Assembly (NCBI GenBank): GCA_046597055.1
Contig: JBKJLC010000045.1
Coordinates: 1-18,061 of the forward strand
Length of the DNA stretch: 18,061 bases
Origin: Kofleriaceae bacterium
GTDB taxonomy: Bacteria; Myxococcota_A; Polyangia; Haliangiales; Haliangiaceae
Direction: 5' to 3'
Below the pieces are notes generated by a model, which worked only from the letters and a program-made list of their open reading frames with translations, searched no databases and had not been told where the DNA came from. The stretch's first letter is position 1. Each line of letters opens with the position of its first letter. Both the position numbers and the translations under genes were made by a program. Shown one piece after another: positions 1-7,691 of this stretch.

Positions 1-1
1 G

Positions 2-262
2 GGCGATCAGGCTCTCCGCGTCCACCCCGAAGGTAGATCACGTCTGCGCGATCGACGCGATCCTCAACAGGGCCTTCCGCTCACCTTCCGATCGACTTGT
101 TCACTCGGGGGCCCTAATCTTCGTCTCCTCACCATTCCGGGGCTCGAGCGGGCGGTCGGTGGCAGCGTCGACCGCGCGGCGGTCGGCCAGAAGCTCACGA
201 TCAGGGGCTGTGGCACCGGTCCGTGCGTGCTCATCGACGAGGGGGAACTGCTCCCGACGTGA
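2..262 (+). CDS. Possible 3' end of an upstream gene (hypothetical, partial)
   Basis: Frame open from the window edge to TGA 260-262 (...QKLTIRGCGTGPCVLIDEGELLPT*). The last ~40 codons are mostly G/C-ending. The stop overlaps GTG 259 (GTGA). No recognisable domain. Confidence 0.25.
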   Translation, partial: GDQALRVHPEGRSRLRDRRDPQQGLPLTFRSTCSLGGPNLRLLTIPGLERAVGGSVDRAAVGQKLTIRGCGTGPCVLIDEGELLPT

Positions 263-266
263 TCGC

Positions 267-295
267 CGGCCTCGCGCTCGATAGCCGCTTCGAGC
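267..295 (+). repeat. Direct repeat copy 1 (29 bp; partner 3938-3966)
   Basis: cggcctcgcgctcgatagccgcttcgagc vs cggcctcacgctcgatagccgcttcgagc, 28/29 identical. Confidence 0.85.
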
Positions 296-320
296 GTTGG
301 GTGCTTCACGAGCGGTCGTC

Positions 321-326
321 TAGAGT
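321..326 (+). promoter_or_regulatory. Putative -10 box (TAGAGT), leaderless-type promoter
   Basis: TAnnnT hexamer 9 nt before ATG 336, no Shine-Dalgarno. Lies in the loop of inverted repeat acgagcgg (308-315) / ccgctcgt (327-334). Confidence 0.4.
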
Positions 327-335
327 CCGCTCGTC

Positions 336-3300
336 ATGAGGCGCGGTGGAGCCGGGAGCGATAGTGCGGACGCCACGCGGTCGTCGGGCGGGTCCACGGC
401 CGACGGCGAGGTGCCGGACGCAGTCGGGAGCGACGATCCAACCCGAACCCGCATCGGCCAGAGCCCCGCCGATGAGCAAGTGAGCTCGCCGCCTGCCTCG
501 CGTCAGCCCGGACGCCTCCCGGCGCCGCTCCAGTACCGCGACCGCGAGCGCTACCAGATCGTCGCCGAGCACGGGCGAGGTGGTCTCGGCCGCGTGTTCC
601 GCGCCCGTGACAAGGAGCTGGGCCGCGATGTCGCGCTGAAGGAGCTCCTCCACCGCGGCTCGTCCGACGAGCTCCGGTTCTTCCGCGAGGCGCTGATCAC
701 CGCCCGCCTCGAGCACCCGGGCATCGTCCCGATCCACGAGGCGGGCCGCTGGCCTGACGGCACGCCGTTCTACGCGATGAAGCTGGTGGCCGGGCGGCCA
801 CTCAAGGAGCTCATCGACGAGTGCCAGACGCTCGCGGATCGTCTCGCCCTCCTGCCCAACGTGATCGCGGTGGCCGATGCGGTCGCCTACGCACACGACC
901 GACGGATCATCCATCGCGACCTCAAGCCGTCGAACGTCATCGTGGGCGAGTTCGGCGAGACGGTCGTCATCGACTGGGGGCTGGCCAAGGTCCTTGATGC
1001 CGCCGACGAGGCCTCCGGTACTGACGATCTCGACCTCGACACCGGAGACGACCGCGCCCCGCCCGCGCGAGACGCTGGGGTCACCGTTGTGGGCACTATC
1101 CTCGGGACGCCGGCGTACATGGCCCCGGAGCAGGCCCGCGGCGAGGCGGTCGACGAGCGCGCGGACGTCTACGCGATCGGCGCCATCCTCCATCTCCTCT
1201 GCACGGGCAAGATGATCGCGCCGGGAGCCACCGATGCCACGCTGCTCGCCGCGCTGCGCGCCTCGCACGTGGATCCCGATCTCGCGGTCATCGCCGCTCG
1301 GTCGTGCGCGCGCGCAGCCAGCGAGCGCTACCCGAGCGCGCGGGCACTCGCGAAGGACTTGCATGCTTTCACGGCCGGCGCGCGCATTTCGCGCAACTAC
1401 TCGCTACCGGCGCTGCTCGCGCATTGGTTCCGCCGCAACCGCCGCACCGCGCTGACGGCACTCGCGGTGATGGTGTTCGTTGCAGCGGGCGCGGGCTGGA
1501 TGTTCGAGCGGACCGTCGCCGATCGGGATCGCGTCCGATCCGCGCTGGTCGAAGCCAGGGATGCACGCGCGGTCGCCGAGACCAACGGGCGAGCTGCCGA
1601 GGACCGCACCACACAACTTTACGTCGAGCATGGACGCCGCGCCCTCCTCGATGACGACGGTCACCGGGCCTACATCTACCTGCGCGCGGCCCAGCGGCGC
1701 GGCGCCAGCGGACCGGCGCTCGACACCATGCTCGGCCGCGCCGGTCGGCTGGTGCTGGCCGAGCGCGCGTCGGCGCAGGCGAGCGCGGGCGTGCAGGTCG
1801 TGGCGTGGCGGCCCGATGGTCAGGTGTTCGCCAGTGGCAACCAGGATGGTACGGTCGAGATCTGGTCCGCCACCGGCGAGCGGCTCGCGATCTTGCGTGG
1901 TCATACGGAATTCGTGTGGAATCTGACGTGGACGCCCGACGGTAGCCGCCTGATCAGCTCGGGGCGCGATAACGTGCCTCGGCTGTGGGACCCGGCGCGA
2001 GGCACCCTGCTCGCCGAGCTCCGTGGCCATCAGGTTGCCGAGGGCGAATTCGGCCGCGGCATCCCGAGCCAGGTCATCAGCACCGATGGACTGCGGCTCG
2101 CGACGTCGAGCAACGGTGGGGACGCATGGCTGTGGGACGTTGCGACCGGCGCGCCAGTCACCAGGCTGGGTGGACACGAAGGTAGTGTGCTTGCGGTCGC
2201 CCTCAGCGCCGATGGTGCGACGGCGGTCACCGCTGACGCCTTCGCCGTGCGGATCTGGAACCTGGCGTCACCGGGACGGGCGCACCGGATCATCCGTGAA
2301 CCGACCGGCGCGGTGCGCTGCGCGACCTTCGCCCCCGGTGGGTTCGTGGTCACCTTCGCCGCGGCCGGCCCGGTGCGCGTGATCGAGCCTCGCACCGGTC
2401 TGGTGGTCCGGACGCTCGCCGCTCACGCCAGCGAGCGGTGTCCGGTCGTGAGTGACGACCTCGTGATCACGGTCGGCGCGGGCGACGAGCTGCGCGCCTG
2501 GGGTCTCGACGGCACGCGGCGGTGGGAAACCGCGACCGGGCTCGAGATCTCCGCGGTGACCGTGAAGGGTGATCGCGTCGCGGTCGGAACCGAAAACGGC
2601 CGGCTCCGGGTGTGGGACCGGAGCTCCGGCCGTCCGATCGTGGTGGCGCCGGCGTTTCGTCACAAGATCTGGGCGGTGGCACTGGCACCGGATGCTGCGT
2701 CGATTGTCGCCGGCGACCTCGATGGCATGCTCCGGGTGTACGCGACCGCGGGCGTCGACGAGCTGTCGCGCCACGACGGTCTGGCCTTCATGGTGCGCTT
2801 CGGTCCGCGGGACGAGATCCAAGCGCTCAGCCCCGACGGCGTGCACATCGGCGGCCGGCAAGTGGCCCTCGCGATCGAGGATGCGGCGTTGACCGAGGAC
2901 GGCCGCGTGCTCGTGCTGGGCACGGACGGTCGCGTGCGCCTCCATGGTCCGGCTGGGGACGATCGCGGTGGCCCGGTGGCCGCCGATGTCATCCTGGTTG
3001 CGATCACGGGCGATGGCCGGCTGGCCGCGATGGCGCACGCCGACAACACGCTCTCGCTGTGGGAGGTCGAGGGCTGGCGTCGTCGCGCCGTGCTGCGCGG
3101 ACACACCGACAAGAGCACCGCGCTGGCGTTCGACAAGCCAGGTGACTGGCTCGCCAGCGGGTCCGACGATGGAACCGCCCGGGTCTGGTCGACCGAACAG
3201 GGAACACCGAGCGCTACCCTGCGGGGCCACAACGGCCAGGTCATGGCCGTGCGGTTCATGCCCGACGGCGACCTGGTGACCGGCGGCTCCGACCGGACCG

Positions 3301-3803
3301 CTCGGATCTGGGCGCTGCCGGCCGGCACGTTGCGCACGACGTTCGCGGACCATCGCGGTGCGGTGTTCCATGTCGAGCCCTCGCCGGACGGCACTCGTCT
3401 CGCCGCTGCAGGGGAGGGTGGGGTCTACGTGTGGAGCGCGGACGGTGCGCTTCTCGCCCGTCCGCTGGTGACTGACCTGACGTATGCGGTCACGTGGGAC
3501 GCGCAGGGGACCCGTCTGGTCGCCGCGTCGAGGGGCAACCTACGTGATGGGAAGGGCGCCGCCATGACGGTGCTCGATGTATCGCCGCTCAAACACGAGG
3601 ACGCACCCGCGGTCGAGTGCCGCTTGCGGGTGGCGCTCAACGCCGAAGGACGGCTCGAAGAACGCACCCCCGATCCATGTCCACCTGCCGGCGGATTGCG
3701 CAACGGCCTGCACAATCCGCCCGCTACCCTGCACAATCCGCCCGCTACCCTGCGCGATCCGGACGTGGACGCATCGCCGACCGCACATGATGGCGTACGT
3801 TGA
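336..3803 (+). CDS. Membrane-anchored Hanks-type Ser/Thr protein kinase with C-terminal WD40 repeats
   Basis: Kinase motifs GRGGLGRV, VALKE, HRDLKPSN, DWG, GTPAYMAPE, DVYAIG. Hydrophobic segment ALTALAVMVFVAAGAGWMF. Many GH...WD/IW repeats (LRGHTEFVWNLTWTPDG, LRGHTDKSTALAFD, LRGHNGQVMAVRF). Confidence 0.95.
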   Translation: MRRGGAGSDSADATRSSGGSTADGEVPDAVGSDDPTRTRIGQSPADEQVSSPPASRQPGRLPAPLQYRDRERYQIVAEHGRGGLGRVFRARDKELGRDVALKELLHRGSSDELRFFREALITARLEHPGIVPIHEAGRWPDGTPFYAMKLVAGRPLKELIDECQTLADRLALLPNVIAVADAVAYAHDRRIIHRDLKPSNVIVGEFGETVVIDWGLAKVLDAADEASGTDDLDLDTGDDRAPPARDAGVTVVGTILGTPAYMAPEQARGEAVDERADVYAIGAILHLLCTGKMIAPGATDATLLAALRASHVDPDLAVIAARSCARAASERYPSARALAKDLHAFTAGARISRNYSLPALLAHWFRRNRRTALTALAVMVFVAAGAGWMFERTVADRDRVRSALVEARDARAVAETNGRAAEDRTTQLYVEHGRRALLDDDGHRAYIYLRAAQRRGASGPALDTMLGRAGRLVLAERASAQASAGVQVVAWRPDGQVFASGNQDGTVEIWSATGERLAILRGHTEFVWNLTWTPDGSRLISSGRDNVPRLWDPARGTLLAELRGHQVAEGEFGRGIPSQVISTDGLRLATSSNGGDAWLWDVATGAPVTRLGGHEGSVLAVALSADGATAVTADAFAVRIWNLASPGRAHRIIREPTGAVRCATFAPGGFVVTFAAAGPVRVIEPRTGLVVRTLAAHASERCPVVSDDLVITVGAGDELRAWGLDGTRRWETATGLEISAVTVKGDRVAVGTENGRLRVWDRSSGRPIVVAPAFRHKIWAVALAPDAASIVAGDLDGMLRVYATAGVDELSRHDGLAFMVRFGPRDEIQALSPDGVHIGGRQVALAIEDAALTEDGRVLVLGTDGRVRLHGPAGDDRGGPVAADVILVAITGDGRLAAMAHADNTLSLWEVEGWRRRAVLRGHTDKSTALAFDKPGDWLASGSDDGTARVWSTEQGTPSATLRGHNGQVMAVRFMPDGDLVTGGSDRTARIWALPAGTLRTTFADHRGAVFHVEPSPDGTRLAAAGEGGVYVWSADGALLARPLVTDLTYAVTWDAQGTRLVAASRGNLRDGKGAAMTVLDVSPLKHEDAPAVECRLRVALNAEGRLEERTPDPCPPAGGLRNGLHNPPATLHNPPATLRDPDVDASPTAHDGVR
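3707..3761 (+). repeat. 21-bp tandem repeat (2 exact units plus a degenerate partial unit)
   Basis: cctgcacaatccgcccgctac x2 (3707-3748), then cctgcgcgatccg. Reads as LHNPPAT-LHNPPAT-LRDP in the kinase tail. Confidence 0.85.
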
Positions 3804-3929
3804 GTATCGAGGTCGGCGAGCTGCGCGCGGCCTTGCGCGGACAGGCACCTGGTGGCTTGATAGCTGCACCAACCGCCAAATTCGGTGCGGGTGGATGCGA
3901 CGGATGCCAAGCGCAAGACGGACCCCACG

Positions 3930-5222
3930 GTGACGCGCGGCCTCACGCTCGATAGCCGCTTCGAGCTCGAGGCGCTGGTGGGTGCGGGTGGCCACGCCCA
4001 GGTGTGGCGCGCTCACGACCGCGTGCGCGACATGCTGGTGGCGGTCAAGCTGCTGGTGCGGACCGACGCGACCTGGGTCGACGCCGATCGACGCCTGGTC
4101 GCCGAGGCCGGCGTGCTCGCGACGCTGCGCGAGCCGGGGATCGTCGGGTACGTCGCGCACGGGGTGACCCCGGGCGGTGGTCCCTACCTGGTCGAGGACT
4201 GGATCGACGGTCCGACGTTGCGCGCGTACATGCGGTCGCCGGGACTCGATGCGCGCGAGGCGGTCGCGCTGGTGGCGGCGGTGGCCGAGGCGGTCGGGGC
4301 CGCCCACGCGCTCGGCGTGATCCACCGCGACCTCAAGCCCGAGAATATTCTCCTGGCGGGCGGCGATCTCGGCCAGCCGCGGCTGGTCGATTTCGGCCTG
4401 GCCCGGCACAGCGGGCTGCGCGGGTTGACCCGCACCGGCGTGGTGCTCGGCACCGTCGGCTACGTCGCGCCCGAGCAGGCGCGCGGCGACCGCGAGCTCG
4501 ACGTGCGGGTCGACGTGTTCACGCTCGGCTGTCTGCTCTACGAGCTGCTCACCGGCCGGCCCGCCTTCGCGGGCAGCGGCATGCTCGCGGTGGCCGCCAA
4601 GGTGCAAGGGCACGAGCCGCCGCCGCTGGCCGAGACCTGTCCCGAGGCCGCGGTGGTCGTGCCGGTGTTGGCGCAGATGATGGCGAAGGACCCCGCGCAC
4701 CGGCTGTCCGATGGCCGGGCGGTCGCGGCCGCGCTGCGCGCGGTGACCCCGGACGCCGGGCCCCGACGGACCGCGCGCCGCGACGACGTCGAGACCGAGA
4801 CCATGCAGGAACCGGCGGTGGCGCGCGGGACCGCCGGCGGGCGTGCGATCGTCACCGGGGTCGCCGTGCTCGGTGACGAGCAGGACGATCCGGAGGTCTG
4901 GCGCGCCGCGTGCGCGCAGGTTCCGGGCGACACCATCCAGATGTCCGGTGCCGCCCTGCTGGTCACCTTCGGTGGGACCGATGCGGTCACCGCCGTCGAC
5001 ACTGCGCGCACGCTGGCCGAGCGCCTGCCCGGCGCCACGATCGCGATCGTCACCGCACCGGCCGACGAGCTCGCCGACCGCGCGTTCGCGCTGGTCGAGG
5101 CCGCCGCCATCGCCGACGCGTTCGGGCCGGGCGGGATCCGGGTCGACCCCACCACCGCAGCGCTCCTGCCCGCGGCGCTGGTCGTGCGGCGCGGTGGCGA
5201 CCTGCTCGTGCCAGATCGATAG
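3930..5222 (+). CDS. Cytoplasmic Ser/Thr protein kinase with a C-terminal degenerate cyclase-like region
   Basis: GAGGHAQV, VAVK, HRDLKPEN, DFG, GTVGYVAPE, DVFTLG. No TM segment. Start GTG 3930 chosen from the match to the 259 remnant; GTG 3885 is an alternative. Confidence 0.92.
   Translation: MTRGLTLDSRFELEALVGAGGHAQVWRAHDRVRDMLVAVKLLVRTDATWVDADRRLVAEAGVLATLREPGIVGYVAHGVTPGGGPYLVEDWIDGPTLRAYMRSPGLDAREAVALVAAVAEAVGAAHALGVIHRDLKPENILLAGGDLGQPRLVDFGLARHSGLRGLTRTGVVLGTVGYVAPEQARGDRELDVRVDVFTLGCLLYELLTGRPAFAGSGMLAVAAKVQGHEPPPLAETCPEAAVVVPVLAQMMAKDPAHRLSDGRAVAAALRAVTPDAGPRRTARRDDVETETMQEPAVARGTAGGRAIVTGVAVLGDEQDDPEVWRAACAQVPGDTIQMSGAALLVTFGGTDAVTAVDTARTLAERLPGATIAIVTAPADELADRAFALVEAAAIADAFGPGGIRVDPTTAALLPAALVVRRGGDLLVPDR
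3938..3966 (+). repeat. Direct repeat copy 2 (29 bp; partner 267-295)
   Basis: 28/29 identical to 267-295. Encodes GLTLDSRFE of the kinase. Confidence 0.85.
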
Positions 5223-5307
5223 ACGGCACGGGGGCGATCCCGAGCGCTTGCCCCTGACCGACCGGCCTTGGTGCGAACGCGCGGGTCGTCGCCGGGCGGC
5301 GCCGGTG

Positions 5308-5324
5308 CGGCACGGCGCGTGCTT
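5308..5324 (+). promoter_or_regulatory. Sigma54 -24/-12 promoter of the activator gene
   Basis: CGGCACGGCGCGTGCTT: GG (5309-10), N10, GC (5321-22). ATG 5337 is 15 nt after the -12 C. Confidence 0.7.
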
Positions 5325-5336
5325 GTCCCGGGTGTG

Positions 5337-7115
5337 ATGCACCCGGTCGAGTCCGTGCCGCCCCGCAAGCTCGTCCCCTCTCAGGCCATCACGCGGCGCG
5401 CCGAGCGGCCGATCGTGGGTCGCGCGCTCTCGCTGGTGGTGATCAGCGACCGGGCGGTGACCAGCCACGCGCTGCCGCCGACCGGGCAGGTCGTGATCGG
5501 CCGGTCGGAGGAGGCCGACATCGTGATCGACGATCCGTCGGTGTCGCGCCGCCACGCGACCCTGCTGGTGGGCCCGACCCTCGAGCTCGACGATCTCGAC
5601 AGCGCCAACGGCACCAGCGTGCGCGATCGTCCGCTGACCCGCGGCGAGCGCGTGACGATCCGGGTCGGCGAGGCGATCCAGATCGGGCTGGTGACCGCGG
5701 TGGTGCAGCCGCGCAGCCAGGCCGCGCCGCGCCTGCACGACCACGCCTACTTCGCGGCACGGCTCGACGAGGAGTGCGGCCGGGCCGCCGGCCGGCCCAA
5801 CGGCGGCGTGGTGGTGTGCGTACGGACCGAGCAGGCCGGCGCCGGCGACGCGCTGGCGCGGCTCGGCGTGGTCGCGACCTACACCGCCGGCACCTTCGAG
5901 CTGCTGCTCACCGAGGTCGCCGGCGAGCTCGACGCCGCGGCGATCATCGCGCAGGTCCGCGCCGCGCTCGGCCCGGCGGCCGGCGACGCCGAGATCGGGG
6001 TGGCGCGGCTCGGCGTCGACGGCGACACCGCCGACGCCCTGCTGTCGGCGGCGACCGCGGCCGCCCGCGGCGAGGGCCGCTACCAGCTCGGCGCGCTGCA
6101 CGTGGTGGTCAAGAGCCCGGTGATGCAGCGCATCTACCGGCTGACCGAGCGGATCGCGGCCAGCGAGCTCAGCGTCCTCATCCTCGGCGAGACCGGGGTC
6201 GGCAAGGAGATCCTGGCCGAGGCGGTGCACCGGATGTCGCCGCGGGCGGCGCGGCCGTTCCTCCGCCTCAACTGCGCCGCGCTGACCGAGACCCTGCTCG
6301 AGAGCGAGCTGTTCGGGCATGAGCGCGGCTCGTTCACCGGCGCCGACCGGGCCAAGGTCGGCCTGCTCGAGTCGGCCCAGGGCGGCACCGTGTTCCTCGA
6401 CGAGATCGGCGAGATGCCAGCGTCGACCCAGGTCAAGCTGCTGCGGGTGATCGAGGAGCGCCAGGTGCTGCCGGTCGGCGCGGTGCGGTCGCGCCCGATC
6501 GACCTGCGCTTCGTCGCCGCCACCAACCGCGACCTCGAGGCCGACGCCACCCGGGGCGTGTTCCGCCAGGACCTGTTCTTCCGGCTCAACGGCTTCTCGC
6601 TGGTGTTGCCGCCGCTGCGGGAGCGGGTCGAGGAGATCGCGCTGCTCGCGGCCAGCTTCGCCGCGCGGGCGGCGCGCGCCGGCGGCCTGCCGCCGCCCGT
6701 GATCGCGGGCGAGGCGGTGGCCTGGCTCGAGGCCCAGCCCTGGCCGGGCAACATCCGCGAGCTGCGCAACGCGATCGAACGCGCCGTCGTGCTCGCGCAC
6801 GGCGCCGCGATCCGGATCGAGCACCTCGCCACCGAACCCGCGCCGCGCCGCCGCGTGGAGACCGGCCCGATTGCCGCGACCTCCGCGATCCCCGCGAACC
6901 CTGCGATCCCCCGGGCCACGGTGTCGGCCGAGGACACCGGCGCGATGCGCGATGCCCTGGCCGCCGCCGAGCGCCGGCGGATCCTCGCCGTGCTCGACGA
7001 CTGCGCCGGCAACCAGACCCAGGCCGCGCTCAAGCTCGGCATCTCCCGCCGCACGCTGCTGAAGCGTCTCGACGCCTATGCCGTGCCGCGCCCGCGCAAG
7101 GGTCGCGACGAGTAG
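5337..7115 (+). CDS. Sigma54-dependent transcriptional activator (bEBP): FHA, degenerate GGDEF-like, AAA+, Fis HTH
   Basis: FHA ([21 protein letters not shown]...DLDSANGT), Walker [24 protein letters not shown], Walker [48 protein letters not shown]. Start moved from 5268 to ATG 5337 because of the promoter position. Confidence 0.95.
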   Translation: MHPVESVPPRKLVPSQAITRRAERPIVGRALSLVVISDRAVTSHALPPTGQVVIGRSEEADIVIDDPSVSRRHATLLVGPTLELDDLDSANGTSVRDRPLTRGERVTIRVGEAIQIGLVTAVVQPRSQAAPRLHDHAYFAARLDEECGRAAGRPNGGVVVCVRTEQAGAGDALARLGVVATYTAGTFELLLTEVAGELDAAAIIAQVRAALGPAAGDAEIGVARLGVDGDTADALLSAATAAARGEGRYQLGALHVVVKSPVMQRIYRLTERIAASELSVLILGETGVGKEILAEAVHRMSPRAARPFLRLNCAALTETLLESELFGHERGSFTGADRAKVGLLESAQGGTVFLDEIGEMPASTQVKLLRVIEERQVLPVGAVRSRPIDLRFVAATNRDLEADATRGVFRQDLFFRLNGFSLVLPPLRERVEEIALLAASFAARAARAGGLPPPVIAGEAVAWLEAQPWPGNIRELRNAIERAVVLAHGAAIRIEHLATEPAPRRRVETGPIAATSAIPANPAIPRATVSAEDTGAMRDALAAAERRRILAVLDDCAGNQTQAALKLGISRRTLLKRLDAYAVPRPRKGRDE

Positions 7116-7202
7116 CGCAGGCCTCGTCGCAGCTCGCGCCGCGCGCTACCCAGCCTCGCGAGGCCGACGCCGCGGGTTCGCAGGGTTGGCGTCGCCGCCG
7201 GC

Positions 7203-7219
7203 TGGCACGCGTCGTGGAA
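7203..7219 (+). promoter_or_regulatory. Sigma54-type promoter of peptide 1 (imperfect -12)
   Basis: TGGCACGCGTCGTGGAA: consensus -24 TGGCACG, but GG instead of GC at -12. ATG 7232 is 15 nt downstream. Confidence 0.55.
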
Positions 7220-7231
7220 GTAGCGCTCGTC

Positions 7232-7420
7232 ATGCAAGACATCACGCAGAACGAGCTCACCCAGGTCGATGGCGGCATCTTCCCCGTCCTCATCGTCGCC
7301 GCGGTCGCGGTCCACGAGGTCGGCGCCGTCGTCATGTTCGGCGCGCTCGCCTTCACCACCGGCTTCCTGGTCGGCAGCGCCGGCTACGCGGTCGCCGACT
7401 ACTACATCAACCAGCAGTAG
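7232..7420 (+). CDS. Double-glycine leader peptide 1, class II bacteriocin-like (lactobin A/cerein 7B-like)
   Basis: MQDITQNELTQVDGG|IFPVLIVAAVAVHEVGAVVMFGALAFTTGFLVGSAGYAVADYYINQQ. 15-aa leader fits ELxxVxGG. The 47-aa core is hydrophobic, Cys-free and has GFLVG (GxxxG). Strong GC3 bias; directly upstream of a C39 PCAT. Confidence 0.88.
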   Translation: MQDITQNELTQVDGGIFPVLIVAAVAVHEVGAVVMFGALAFTTGFLVGSAGYAVADYYINQQ

Positions 7421-7443
7421 TCACGCGCACCCGCAGGCCTCGA

Positions 7444-7463
7444 TCGCGCACCCGGCTGCGCGA
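7444..7463. promoter_or_regulatory. Palindrome TCGCGCA-N6-TGCGCGA, candidate activator binding site
   Basis: Perfect 7-bp arms in the intergenic region upstream of the PCAT sigma54 promoter. Same core as 3696, 11205 and 11246. Confidence 0.4.
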
Positions 7464-7538
7464 CCTGCGGCTCGGGCTCGTCGACTCGTCGCGCCGAGCA
7501 CCGCGCGGTCGGTTCGATCGGTCGCGCCTCGCGACCAG

Positions 7539-7582
7539 GCGCGCGTGCCCGCGGCCTCCCGCCGGCACGCGCGCGGCATTTT
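7539..7582 (+). terminator. GC-rich hairpin, possible terminator or stabiliser after peptide 1
   Basis: gcgcgcgtgcc-c-gcgg-cctc-ccgc-c-ggcacgcgcgc (7539-7574) followed by ggcatttt. The T-tract is short and offset. Confidence 0.3.
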
Positions 7583-7663
7583 CGGCCCCATTGCGAGGGC
7601 GGTCGGCGACCTCGCAGCCGCCCACCGCACACCGCCCAGCGCGCGACGCCGCCGCGCGGCGCT

Positions 7664-7680
7664 CGGCACGGCCCGTGCTT
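7664..7680 (+). promoter_or_regulatory. Sigma54 -24/-12 promoter of PCAT-HlyD
   Basis: CGGCACGGCCCGTGCTT, 16/17 identical to the 5308 promoter. ATG 7692 is 14 nt after the -12 C. Confidence 0.72.
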
Positions 7681-7691
7681 TCTCGGCGCGC

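Larger units (their letters stand above)
259..339 (+). pseudogene. Remnant 5' end of a Ser/Thr kinase gene (26-codon mini-ORF)
   Basis: Translates (V/M)IAGLALDSRFERWVLHERSSRVRSS*. The first 12 residues match the N-terminus of the kinase at 3930 (VTRGLTLDSRFE). Its TGA overlaps ATG 336 (ATGA). Confidence 0.4.

Noticed and set aside
64..309. 81-aa minus-strand ORF
   Set aside because: No motif, atypical composition, and it overlaps the + strand kinase remnant.
3707..3761. Possible CRISPR-like array
   Set aside because: Units are directly adjacent with no spacers, there are only about 2.6 copies, and no cas genes are present.
3930..5222. Kinases as class III/IV lanthipeptide synthetases (LanKC/LanL) for the Cys/Ser/Thr peptides
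   Set aside because: Neither kinase has an N-terminal lyase or a C-terminal LanC-like cyclase domain. Both look like signalling kinases.
3540..6824. 1094-aa minus-strand ORF (also 306-1364, 2268-3371, 8397-9782, 9809-11278, 11568-12848, 13325-15694 on - and 16628-18004 on +)
   Set aside because: Antisense shadows of well-supported genes. Stop codons are rare in high-GC3 DNA and the translations have no domain motifs.
7563..7579. Extra GG-N10-GC motif CGGCACGCGCGCGGCAT
   Set aside because: Poor -12 element, forms one arm of a hairpin, and has no start codon at the 14-15 nt spacing seen for the others. Cannot be fully excluded as a second promoter.
7269..7691. 141-aa N-terminal extension of the PCAT in the ORF track
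   Set aside because: Low-complexity S/R/A/P sequence overlapping peptide 1 and hairpins. The C39 domain and a sigma54 promoter point to ATG 7692.
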